Source: Candidatus Eiseniibacteriota bacterium (lineage in GTDB: Bacteria; Orphanbacterota; Orphanbacteria; Orphanbacterales; Orphanbacteraceae). From it: DNA of 64,000 nt. Shown here one piece after another: positions 19,337-29,903 of the stretch; within the stretch, counting starts at the first letter, position 1, and each line of letters begins with the position of its first letter. The translations under genes were made by a program, and so were the position numbers. Under the pieces are notes generated by a model, which was not told where the DNA came from, ran no database searches, and worked only from the letters and a program-made list of their open reading frames with translations. The DNA lies in assembly GCA_043809585.1 (NCBI GenBank), contig JBDROZ010000053.1:1-64000 (forward strand), written 5' to 3'.

Positions 19337-20380
19337 ATGCGAGTTCGTGCGGTGGTCGTGCTCGCCATCCTCGCCCTGGCCGCCGGTTCCGCCGCCGGAA
19401 ATCCGCGGTTGGTCGTGGTCGAGAATTTCACCAATACCGGCTGAGGCGGCTGTAACGCCATCAAAGTGGCGATGGACGCCATCTTTGAGGCGCATGCGGG
19501 GCAGGTTGCCCCGATTCGGCCTCATGTCAGTTGGCCCCTCCCGAGCGATCCGTTCTATCTCGCCAACACGCTCGACTCCAATGCGAGGGTGTCGTATTAC
19601 GGAGTGGGATACGTCCCCACCTTCCGCTTCGAGGGCATGTTTCTGAAGGACCCATCCAACTTCTTGACCTACGCCCAGTGGTACGCCTACGTGGAATCCA
19701 CCCTGGATAGCCTCTACAACGTACCGAGGCCCGAGTTCCGTATCAATTTCAGCCAGTACGTCGACGGCGCCTGGATTCGCACCAATTTCGACATCATCGC
19801 CGAGCAGGGCGTGAGCGGCGACTACCGGATCACGATGGCCGTGGTCGAGGATTCCGCCTACAGCGGACCAAACCTCTTCCGGTTCGTCATGCGGGATTAC
19901 GTCCCCAACGCGTACGGGATGCTGGCGACCATGACCACCGGCGACTCGCTCCACTACGAGTGGCCCTACCGGAATACCAGCGGGGCGACGGACATCACCA
20001 CCATGGTCTTCGTGCAACGGGTGTCGGACAATCAGATCCTCCAGGCGATCTCCGTGCCTCCCTTCGGCACGACCACGGGAATCGGTTCGGGCGAAGCTCC
20101 CCTCCGCGTGGTGCTCGCGCCGAACGCCCCCAACCCGTTCAACCCGGCCACGACGATCGGCTACACCCTCGACCGGGCCCGTCCGGTCCGGCTCGCCGTG
20201 TACGATCAGGCGGGCCGGCTCGTGAGCGAGCTGGTCCGGGGCGCGGGAGAACCGGGCAGCCACACGGCGGTGTGGGACGGCCGGGACCGCTTCGGACACG
20301 AGGTCGGGAGCGGCGTCTATTTCTACCGGCTCGACGCGGGGCCCCTCTCGGAGACCCGCAAAATGACATTGATCCGATGA
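19337..20380 (+). CDS. Secreted Omp28/thioredoxin-like selenoprotein (UGGC motif) with FlgD-Ig/T9SS-like domain
   Basis: RBS aaggaggt, ATG 19337, signal peptide, ENFTNTG-TGA(19442)-GGC in frame with ORF 19466-20380; downstream hairpin. Confidence 0.85.
19456..19492 (+). promoter_or_regulatory. Putative bacterial SECIS element
   Basis: cgcc-a-tcaaag-tggcg[atgga]cgcca-t-ctttga-ggcg; bulged U, G-containing loop starting 27 nt after TGA. Confidence 0.7.
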
Positions 20381-20658
20381 TAGGGAACGGCTAGTCGAGC
20401 CTTCTTTGGCCCCGGGCATCCGCCCGGGGCTTCTTCACAGGGGCCCCGAGCGAATCGGCCGGCGGCCGTGCTGACCTTGATGTTTCAAGAGACCCGCACG
20501 TCTTGCGCCGAGTCGGGGAGCCAGGCGCGCCGAAATCAAAGCTGCAGTTTTGTGGAATTGGGGCTAGTATCGGTCCGATTCCCGGCAAAGGGTCGGAATC
20601 GCCCTTCTGCCGGCCCCGATTCGACCGATGATAGGAATGGGGAACGAAACCCCTCGAG

Positions 20659-21723
20659 GTGACCCGAATGAACACCCCGACATGGATATTTCTCGGCGCC
20701 CTTGCCCTGGCTCCGCCCGGCGGGGCCCGCGCGTTCCATGACGGCGGCGTCGCGAGCTGCCACGGATGCCACATCATGCACGACAGCGAGGACGGGTACC
20801 CCGGTCCGGGGGGCTACCCGATGCTTCTCATCGCCGACACGCCGACCGAGGTCTGCCTCACCTGTCACGCCGGCGGCTATGGAAACGTCCTCGGCGACAA
20901 CCTCCTCATGCCCCCCGACGAAAAGGGCGCCGGGAACTTCGTCTTCCTTCTCGAGGACAACTTGAACGACGGTCCGAACGGGGCCACCCAGCCGATCCCG
21001 GGGCAGGCGGCGGGGCACAGCGTGATCGCCCCCTCCTACGGGCTCCAGCAGGACACGGACTGGACCTATGCCCCCGGGGGGACCTTCCCCTCGAGCCAGC
21101 TGGGTTGCACAAGCTGTCACGATCCTCACGGCGCCGACACGTTCCGTCTTCTCCGGGGCGTGGGGCCGTTGCAGGGGGGCATCTTCGATTTCGTGAACCC
21201 GGCCCCCGATGGCATCGGAATCGACATCGGCCCGACGGGAGGGGCGGAAGCCTCGAACAACCACAGCGCCTATCGATCCGGTTTCACTGCGTGGTGCGCG
21301 AACTGCCACGGCGACTATCACGCGCCCCCCGGCGATTTCGGTTTCAAGCACGACCCGGACCGCTCCTTCGGCGGAGCCTCCTCGCGCCGGTACAACGAGT
21401 ACAACGGCGACGACGACCCCGGTGGCGGGGACGTGGCGAGCGCCTATCTCCCCCTCGTCCCCTTCGAAGACACGAACATGACGACCGATAACTTCTTCGG
21501 TCCGTCGATGGTCAGCCGGGTGATGTGCCTGTCCTGCCATCGCGCCCACGCCTCGTCCGCCCCCCGGGCGGGCCGGTGGGACTTCAACGTCGACCTTCTC
21601 GATCAGGACGGCATCGCCTCCGGCTCCTGGCCGATACCGAATCCCTACGGGCCGAACCAGGGACAGCTCTGCGCCAAGTGCCATCGGCACCACGTGGCGG
21701 ACGGAGTCGGCTTCCAGGATTGA
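20659..21723 (+). CDS. Hexaheme c-type cytochrome, OmcS-like
   Basis: Six CxxCH motifs; mature N-terminus FHDGGVASCHGCHIMH; APGGTFP, CHDPHG, WCANCH, AYLPLVPFE, CLSCHRAHAS co-linear with recalled OmcS sequence. Confidence 0.88.
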   Translation: MTRMNTPTWIFLGALALAPPGGARAFHDGGVASCHGCHIMHDSEDGYPGPGGYPMLLIADTPTEVCLTCHAGGYGNVLGDNLLMPPDEKGAGNFVFLLEDNLNDGPNGATQPIPGQAAGHSVIAPSYGLQQDTDWTYAPGGTFPSSQLGCTSCHDPHGADTFRLLRGVGPLQGGIFDFVNPAPDGIGIDIGPTGGAEASNNHSAYRSGFTAWCANCHGDYHAPPGDFGFKHDPDRSFGGASSRRYNEYNGDDDPGGGDVASAYLPLVPFEDTNMTTDNFFGPSMVSRVMCLSCHRAHASSAPRAGRWDFNVDLLDQDGIASGSWPIPNPYGPNQGQLCAKCHRHHVADGVGFQD

Positions 21724-21741
21724 CCGATCCGCCGAGGCACC

Positions 21742-24700
21742 CTACCAAGCGCCCGACTGCCACATCTCGGGAACCGAGTCCGATCCGTCCCCGCCGATGT
21801 CGGAGAGGATCTCTCTCGATCGCCTCGCGTATTCCGCCGCCCGCTCCGCCGACTCTCCTTCCTCGAGCACTCGGGCGAGGTTCTCGTACGCCCGAGCGAG
21901 GCCTTGCCTGTTGCCGAGCCGCTCGAAGAGACGGACGCTCTCCCGGAAGTGCTCGGCCGCCCGCGCCCCGTCCCCGCTCTCCCCGTAGACGAGTCCGAGG
22001 TTGTTGAGGCAGGAGGCGAGGCCGTAGGTTTCGCCCGTCTTCTCGCAGATCGACCGGCATCGGGCGAGGTGCCGGATCGCGGCCTCCCATGCGCCCCGCT
22101 TTCCATGGATGACGCCGAGGTTGTTGCACGCCTGCGCCGTTCCCCACTCGTCGCCGAGGCTCTTCATCATCTTCAGGGCGACGGCGCCCATGCGGGCCGC
22201 CTCCTCCAGCCGGGACCGGTGGGCGTGGACGACGGCGAGGCCTGCGTAGATCCGCGCCACTTCGCCGGGCTCGACGCCCGGCCCGACCGCGCGAAGCCCC
22301 GTCTCGAAACTCTCCTTCGCCTCGTCGCACCGTCCCCACTTCTCGAAGACCCGGCCCCGGCGCCGGTGGAGGGCCACGATGAGCCCCGCCTCCCGGGCGC
22401 CGGCAAGGGCCCGGTCGTACGCGTCGAGCGCCATCTTGAAGTCGCCCATCCGGTAGTGAACGTCGCCGAGGTCGGCGGAAGCGGAGGCGAGGTCTTCGTC
22501 GCCGAGCCCGGGATCGCCCCCCCGGGCCAGCGTGATCGCCCGTTCCAGGTAGGCGATCGCTTCGGGGTTGGCGGAGACCCGCACCGCCCCCCGGGCGGCC
22601 CGGTTGAGATAGGCGAAGGCCCGGACGGGGACACCTCCCCTTTCGAAGTGATGGGCCAATGCGGGGGTCATCTCCTCTTTCCGGTCCGGCCATTTCCCCT
22701 CGATCGCGTTCCCCGCCCGGCGGTGAAGCTCCCGTCGTTCGCGCCGGAGGAGGCTGTTGTAGGCGACATCCGCGGTGATGGCGTGCTTGAACGTGAACCC
22801 GTCCCCTTCGCCGGCGCCGGGGGGGAGGAGGAAACCGCGGCGGCAGAGGAGATCGATCGCCTCCCCGAGGACGGGTCCGTCCCTCTCCTCGCCGGCGAGG
22901 GGGGCGAGGAGGGTGCGGGGGAAGGTGCGGCCGAGGACCGAGGCGGTCTGGAGGACCCGTTTCGTGGCGGGCGGGAGCCGGTCGATTCGGGCCATGATCA
23001 CGCCCTGAACCGTGCCGGGGAGGGTGACGGGACCGGCCTCGGACGGTGCGGGACCGCCCGACTCGGCGAGGGCGCCCGCCATCTCTTCGAGGAAGAAAGG
23101 ATTCCCTTCGGCCCCACGGAGCAGGGCGCCCCGGGTCTCGGCGGTGATGCCGGACGGGGGGAGGAGCCGATCGATCAGACGGGCGCTCTCTTCTTTCGAG
23201 AGGGGCGCGATCTCGATCGTCCGGTGCCGGTCCCCGCCCGCCGATTCGAGGCGCGCCCGTGCGTCGCCTATCCTCCCCTCGCCGGGGCGGAAGAGGAAGA
23301 TCTGGAGGACCGGTGCGGTCTCCCCGAGGGGGGCGAGGGCCTCGAGGAAACCGGCGGTGGAGGAATCCATCCAGTGGATGTCCTCCCACACGATCACGAG
23401 GGGACGGCGGGACGCCGTCCGGGCGACGACAAAGCGGAACCCCTCGAATAGTCGTTCCCGGAGGAGGTCGGCGCCGAGGTGGTCGAAACGGCCTTCCTCT
23501 TCGGCCGTCAGGGGAATGTCGAGAAGCCGGGCGAGGCAGGAACGGAGTTCCTCCCCGGAGAGGGCTCCCCCGGGCGGTTCCTCCGGGCGGAGGTCGCCGA
23601 GGAAGACCCGGAGCGCCGTCTCCCGCTCCTCCCGGGGTCCTTCCGGATCGGCGCCGAGCATCTGGGCGAGCACGCTTCTGACGGGCCATGCGCCCGTCCC
23701 CTCGCCGTAGGAGGCGCAGCGGCCGTCGACCCAGGGCGCGTCCGGGGAAGCCCGTCTCCGCGCCTCCTCGACCAGGCGGCTCTTGCCGACGCCCGCCTCC
23801 CCTTCGATCGCGACGGTCCCCCCCCGGCCCGAAGCGAGATCCTCGATCGATTCGAGAAGGGCGCCCAATTCCCGCTGGCGCCCCACGAGGGGGGAACGGT
23901 GCGCCTCCGCTTCCGTGGCCCCCCGCCGCGCGCCGAGGAGACGGAAGGCGGGAACCGGGGCCGATTTCCCCTTCACCGCCAGAGGGCCCACATCTTCCAG
24001 ATCGAAGACGCGCTTCACGAGCCCCGCCGTCGCGCCGGTCAGGAGAATGGTCCCCGGCCGGGCGGCGCTCTCCATGCGGGCCGCGAGGTTGACCGCGTCC
24101 CCCATGGCCGTGTACTCGACCCGGAGGTCCGAGCCGACCTCGCCCACCACCACGAGACCCGTGTTGATCCCGACCCGCACCTGGAAACCGGAGATCCCCC
24201 GCTCCCCTTCGAGCTTCTCGCCGTATCGCTTCGCCCCCTCGATCATGTCCGACGCGGCCCGGCAGGCCCGCTCCGGATCATCCTCGTGGGCGATCGGGGC
24301 GCCGAAGAAGGCGAGCACCGCGTCCCCCATGAGCCGGGCCAATGTCCCCTCGTGCCGGAAGACCGGTTCGATCAGGGTCTCGAGGGCGCCGTTCATGATG
24401 TCCATCACCTCTTCGGGGTCGAGATGCTCGGCGAGGGCCACCGAGCCGTGGACATCGCAGAAGAGGATCGTGATCACCCGCCGCTCTCCCGATACGCGGC
24501 CGCGGGTGGCGGCGAGCTGGTCCACGTACTCCCGGGGCATGAGGCGGCGGAGGGCGTCCTCGATCCCGGCGGGCGGGGGGGACGTCTTCGCGTTCCCCTC
24601 GACCGGCGCGCCGCAGGAGAAGCAGAACTTCGCGGAGCCGGGGAGGGAGGTCCCGCAGGAGGGACAGCCCGAGGGGGGCGCCGCACCGAGGGGGGCGCCG

Positions 24701-24759
24701 CAGCCCATGCAGAAGACGGCCCCCTCGGGATTCTCGGTGCGGCAGGCGGAACAGATCAT
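21742..24759 (-). CDS. Class III nucleotide cyclase with double zinc ribbon, AAA ATPase and TPR domains
   Basis: ILFCDVHGS, GDAVLAFFG, GDAVNLAARME, GEAGVGKSRL Walker A, C-terminal TPRs. Confidence 0.9.
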   Translation of the reverse strand: MICSACRTENPEGAVFCMGCGAPLGAAPPSGCPSCGTSLPGSAKFCFSCGAPVEGNAKTSPPPAGIEDALRRLMPREYVDQLAATRGRVSGERRVITILFCDVHGSVALAEHLDPEEVMDIMNGALETLIEPVFRHEGTLARLMGDAVLAFFGAPIAHEDDPERACRAASDMIEGAKRYGEKLEGERGISGFQVRVGINTGLVVVGEVGSDLRVEYTAMGDAVNLAARMESAARPGTILLTGATAGLVKRVFDLEDVGPLAVKGKSAPVPAFRLLGARRGATEAEAHRSPLVGRQRELGALLESIEDLASGRGGTVAIEGEAGVGKSRLVEEARRRASPDAPWVDGRCASYGEGTGAWPVRSVLAQMLGADPEGPREERETALRVFLGDLRPEEPPGGALSGEELRSCLARLLDIPLTAEEEGRFDHLGADLLRERLFEGFRFVVARTASRRPLVIVWEDIHWMDSSTAGFLEALAPLGETAPVLQIFLFRPGEGRIGDARARLESAGGDRHRTIEIAPLSKEESARLIDRLLPPSGITAETRGALLRGAEGNPFFLEEMAGALAESGGPAPSEAGPVTLPGTVQGVIMARIDRLPPATKRVLQTASVLGRTFPRTLLAPLAGEERDGPVLGEAIDLLCRRGFLLPPGAGEGDGFTFKHAITADVAYNSLLRRERRELHRRAGNAIEGKWPDRKEEMTPALAHHFERGGVPVRAFAYLNRAARGAVRVSANPEAIAYLERAITLARGGDPGLGDEDLASASADLGDVHYRMGDFKMALDAYDRALAGAREAGLIVALHRRRGRVFEKWGRCDEAKESFETGLRAVGPGVEPGEVARIYAGLAVVHAHRSRLEEAARMGAVALKMMKSLGDEWGTAQACNNLGVIHGKRGAWEAAIRHLARCRSICEKTGETYGLASCLNNLGLVYGESGDGARAAEHFRESVRLFERLGNRQGLARAYENLARVLEEGESAERAAEYARRSREILSDIGGDGSDSVPEMWQSGAW

Positions 24760-24762
24760 CGC

Positions 24763-25149
24763 TTATCGACCATCCTCGGGGGCGCCCCCCTTCAGGCGGG
24801 CCACCTCCTCCGAAAGCTCGCGGATCCGGCGCGACATGGCCTGGGCCATGCGGAACGCGATCGACGGGTCCTGGTGAATCCGCTGCACGAAGTTCTTCTT
24901 GTCCACGGTCAGCACCTTCGCGGGCCCGAGGGCGCGCACCGTGGCCATCCTGACCTCCTTTTCGAAGAGCGCCATCTCTCCGAAGAAGTCCCCTTTCTTC
25001 CGGACGGCGAGGCGGACCTCGCGGCCCGCATTCTCGGCCACCACCTCCACCTCCCCCTCCTGGACCACGAACATGCAGTCCCCCTCGTCCCCCTGGCGGA
25101 CGATCACGTCGCCGTCTCCGTAATCCCGGCCCAAAGCCCCCCCGTTCAT
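24763..25149 (-). CDS. Stand-alone cyclic nucleotide-binding domain protein
   Basis: QGDEGDCMFVVQEGEVEV...FFGEMAL...RMATVRA; ATG overlaps the upstream stop. Confidence 0.88.
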   Translation of the reverse strand: MNGGALGRDYGDGDVIVRQGDEGDCMFVVQEGEVEVVAENAGREVRLAVRKKGDFFGEMALFEKEVRMATVRALGPAKVLTVDKKNFVQRIHQDPSIAFRMAQAMSRRIRELSEEVARLKGGAPEDGR

Positions 25150-26552
25150 GGTGTCCCTTTCCCGCTCTTCGCGGCTCGTGGCCCGCCCGCTCCCACCGCC
25201 GCGCCCGCGAGATCGCAGGCAAGGCGGCCCCAGAAGGCGGGGTGAAGGGTGCGGCCGAGGATGTCCCGGTACGGGGCGCTCCCGGTGAACATGTCCCAGA
25301 GGACGCCGCTCATCCGGGGCGGCCCGGCCGGGCGCCCCTGCTCCCGGTCGACCATGCGGAGGACCGCCCCTCTCGCGACGCGCGTCTTCTGGATGATCCC
25401 CATGACGAGAAAGATCAGCCTCCCCACGGCATTGTCCTTCTCGATGGCCCGGCAGACCGGGAGGAACGCCTTCTCGAAATCGCCGGCGGCGACGCCCTGG
25501 AAGACCGCCGCGCTCGCCGCCGCCTTGGCCGTGCGGTAGGCGGCTCCGATGCCGTCCTTGAAGAGGCGGGTGACGCCCGAGTCGCCGATGTAGACGACCC
25601 GGTCGCCGAAGGGGCGGGGCGCCCCCCGGACGTTCATCAGAGGAGAACACATGCACGAGATCGTCGCCGGGTCCCACCCGGGGGGCATGCAGCGGCGCAC
25701 CTCCTCGGAACCGAGAAACGCCGCCATCAGCTCCTTGTCCACGTCGTCGCCGAGCAAGGCGACCGTGACGTACTCTCCCTTCGGGATGATGGCGGCGAAC
25801 TCGAGGCGGGGGAGATTGAGCAGGAAGACGTGCATGGCGCTTCCGAGTTGCCGCCGGATCGTTTCGGCGCCGAGCCAGTATTCGCGGATCATGGTCTTCG
25901 TCGGCACGGGGGGGACGAACCCGTCGTCCATCGACCGGAGGAGCTTCATCGCCCCCGAATTGACTCCGGCCGCGACGGCGAGGAGGTCGTAGACGGCAGT
26001 CTCCCCCCCCGCGATGGTGATCCGCGGCCTCCCCTCCTCCCGGTCCACCTTGGCCACTTTTTCGGGGATCCGCGTCGCCCCCCGTCCCTCGGCGAGGGAG
26101 AGGAGGTGGCCGTCGAAGCTCTCCCATCGAAGATGTTTCAGGTCCCGCGGCCCGGGCCCCCGGTGGACCGCGGCGATCCGCTTCTCCTTGAGGGGCGTCG
26201 CGATGCGGACGCTCCCCACATCCATGTGAAGCACGTACGAGTCGATGCCTCGCTGCACCACGTCGCCGCCGAGATTGATGCCGTCGGTGGCGAGCATTTG
26301 GACGAGGGACTCCGAGATGATCCCGCCGCACATGTTGCACCCGCCCGGTCCGGGCGTTCGGAAGTCCCGGGGCTCGTAGATGGTGACGTCGAGGTCGAGG
26401 CCGTACCGCTCGGCCATGTCGAGGAGAAAATAGCTGAAAAAGGTGCCCGCCGGACCGCCGCCGATCACGGCGACCCGGGACCCGTCCCCGAGGGTGAGGG
26501 CGCCCTCCCGCCCGGGGCGGGGGGCGAAGGTGTCGGCCCGGAACTCTTCCAT
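25146..26552 (-). CDS. FAD-dependent oxidoreductase (geranylgeranyl reductase-like)
   Basis: VAVIGGGPAG, CNMCGG, IGDSG...DGIGAA motifs. Confidence 0.82.
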   Translation of the reverse strand: MEEFRADTFAPRPGREGALTLGDGSRVAVIGGGPAGTFFSYFLLDMAERYGLDLDVTIYEPRDFRTPGPGGCNMCGGIISESLVQMLATDGINLGGDVVQRGIDSYVLHMDVGSVRIATPLKEKRIAAVHRGPGPRDLKHLRWESFDGHLLSLAEGRGATRIPEKVAKVDREEGRPRITIAGGETAVYDLLAVAAGVNSGAMKLLRSMDDGFVPPVPTKTMIREYWLGAETIRRQLGSAMHVFLLNLPRLEFAAIIPKGEYVTVALLGDDVDKELMAAFLGSEEVRRCMPPGWDPATISCMCSPLMNVRGAPRPFGDRVVYIGDSGVTRLFKDGIGAAYRTAKAAASAAVFQGVAAGDFEKAFLPVCRAIEKDNAVGRLIFLVMGIIQKTRVARGAVLRMVDREQGRPAGPPRMSGVLWDMFTGSAPYRDILGRTLHPAFWGRLACDLAGAAVGAGGPRAAKSGKGTP

Positions 26553-26932
26553 CCGCTCACTCCACCGGATCGGGGCGCGCTGCGGGGGCGGGTTCGAACG
26601 GGCGTCGAGGAGATGAGGTCGCAGCCCGGGGGTCCGCCCCCGAAACGGCGCCGGCCCCTGATCTTCCATCATTATAACGGATTTCGGCCTCGAAAACCCG
26701 GGCGGAGTGGTGGGCCGGCGAGAAAGGAGGACGGCCGCCGGTCGTCGTGCGGTTGCCGAATTGCGGGGCTTCCCCCGATCCGGGGCCGATTCCTTTCGGC
26801 GAGAATCTTATGGAATTGATCCGGTTGGCCGATGGGAAGGAAGTGCGGCGCGCCGCGGGCTCCGCCCGGGGTATCGCTCCGAATCGTTCCACCGGAGCCC
26901 CGCGCCGGGGCTCTCATGGAGGAGGTGTTCTC

Positions 26933-27616
26933 GTGAGATCATGGATGGTACCCCTGCTGATCGCGGTCTCCCTGGGCGTGGCCCTGGCTTCGGAGCCCCT
27001 GACCCCGGCAAAACCGGTCACCTTCGCCCTCAAGGGAGGGATCAGCCAGACCACCCCGAGCCTCGATCCCGATCCGGGCGCGGGGGACGGTGCGGCCATG
27101 GGATACGGAGGGGGCGTGACGATCGGACTCAATCTCTCGTCGCACGTTTCCTTCGACGCGGAGGTGCTCTACGCGCGCAAGGGGGGGAAGTACTCTTACT
27201 CGACGGGCGATCCGATCGAGGGGCCGGAGGGCCGGCTCGAATCGCGGGTCGCCCTCGACTACGTCACCTTGAGCCCCCTCCTCCGGGCGACCTTCCGCCC
27301 CCACGGGGCATCCCCCTACCTTCTCGCCGGAGCCGAATTCGGTTTCCTCATGAACGCCGAGTGGGAGTGGAGCGAGACGACGGGGGGCTCGGGGACGTGG
27401 GACGCCAAGGACGAGTTCGAGGAGACCGACTTCTCCCTCTCCTTCGGCGGCGGCCTCGACCTGCCGGCGTCGGGAACGACCAACTTCTTCGTCGAGGCCC
27501 GGTACTACTACGGAATGACCGACATCAGCAAGACGCCCTACAGCGAATCGATCCGAGAGGACACGAGCGAGATGAAGAACCGCGGGACCTACCTCTTCGG
27601 AGGGCTACGGTTCTAG
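26933..27616 (+). CDS. Outer-membrane beta-barrel (porin family) protein
   Basis: RBS ggaggt, signal peptide, amphipathic strands, C-terminal YLFGGLRF. Confidence 0.82.
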   Translation: MRSWMVPLLIAVSLGVALASEPLTPAKPVTFALKGGISQTTPSLDPDPGAGDGAAMGYGGGVTIGLNLSSHVSFDAEVLYARKGGKYSYSTGDPIEGPEGRLESRVALDYVTLSPLLRATFRPHGASPYLLAGAEFGFLMNAEWEWSETTGGSGTWDAKDEFEETDFSLSFGGGLDLPASGTTNFFVEARYYYGMTDISKTPYSESIREDTSEMKNRGTYLFGGLRF

Positions 27617-27730
27617 GGTCGGTCTCGCAGCCTCCCTCGCCGCGAGATCGCGCGAAAATCCACCGGCAAGAATCGAAGGCCGGTTCCCGCGAAAAGGGAG
27701 CCGGCCTTCTCTCGTCCAGAGGGTGGCCCG
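27613..27730 (-). repeat. Partial inverted copy of R1 (copy E)
   Basis: Reverse complement resembles the right half of copy D (gatctcgcg.cga.ggagg.tg.ga.accga..cta). Confidence 0.6.
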
Positions 27731-27783
27731 GAATCATCCCCATCACGAAGAAAACGCCGGAGAAGAACCTCCGGCGCTCTTAT

Positions 27784-27860
<77 letters not shown>

Positions 27861-27876
27861 TCATGCACGGATAATC

Positions 27877-27905
27877 AAACTAACGCAGGCTCAGCGGGCT
27901 GTCAA
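27877..27905 (-). promoter_or_regulatory. sigma70 promoter TTGACA-N17-TAGTTT for tRNA-fMet
   Basis: Consensus -35 and 17-nt spacer; overlaps the ftsB 3' end. Confidence 0.7.
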
Positions 27906-28328
27906 CGGTTTTTCGGTTGTTTCCCCGTCTCCCGCGGCCTCCGGCTCGGGCGGGAGGAGCCGGGGGGGGCGCTCTTTCTCCGACTCGTCGACGGGGAGGA
28001 AGACGTACGATTTTTCGCCCTTCGCGAGTAGGTGATACCGCTCCCGGGCGACCCGCTCGACCGCCGCGGGGTCCCTCTCCAGATCGGCTCCGAGGGCGCC
28101 GAGCGAGTCGAGCGCGGCCTCGGTGCGCTCGATCTCGGCGATCAGGTCCCGGTTTTCCGCACGGAGCACCGCGTAGCGGATGAGGCTGTCGTCGGAGAGC
28201 AGGAAGGTCCAAACGAGCCATGTCCCGGCGAGGATGCCGAGGAGCCTGTAGAACTGCTTGCGGGCCAGGAGCGCCCGGAAGTCGATCCGGAGCATGCGGA
28301 GCCGTTCCCGGGGGTTCCGGAGGGTCAT
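27891..28328 (-). CDS. ftsB: Septum formation initiator FtsB/DivIC family
   Basis: TM helix plus coiled coil, ERVARERY...GE motif; downstream of eno. Confidence 0.8.
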   Translation of the reverse strand: MTLRNPRERLRMLRIDFRALLARKQFYRLLGILAGTWLVWTFLLSDDSLIRYAVLRAENRDLIAEIERTEAALDSLGALGADLERDPAAVERVARERYHLLAKGEKSYVFLPVDESEKERPPRLLPPEPEAAGDGETTEKPLTAR

Positions 28329-28352
28329 GGCCGTCCTTTCGGCGCCCCGCTC

Positions 28353-29726
<1,374 letters not shown>

Positions 29727-29799
29727 CTAACGCCCCGGCCGAAGGGGGGTCAAGGGAAAACCCCCCGGGCGCCCCTCTCCCGCCCCCGGGGGGCGCGGC

Positions 29800-29828
29800 T
29801 TGACGGTCCGCTCCCGGGTCTCTACATT
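29800..29828 (+). promoter_or_regulatory. sigma70 promoter TTGACG-N17-TACATT
   Basis: Upstream of the ECF sigma gene. Confidence 0.55.
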
Positions 29829-29903
29829 GGCGGGGTGGCCGGCCGTGCCGGGAAGACGGAGGCGGCCCCCTGGTCGAAACGCCCTGCCCGAACGGAGCGG
29901 CCG

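Noticed and set aside
20391-20658. Riboswitch or FNR box upstream of the OmcS-like gene
   Set aside because: Hairpins and a cttga-N4-tcaag palindrome are present, but no GEMM consensus and the spacing does not fit FNR
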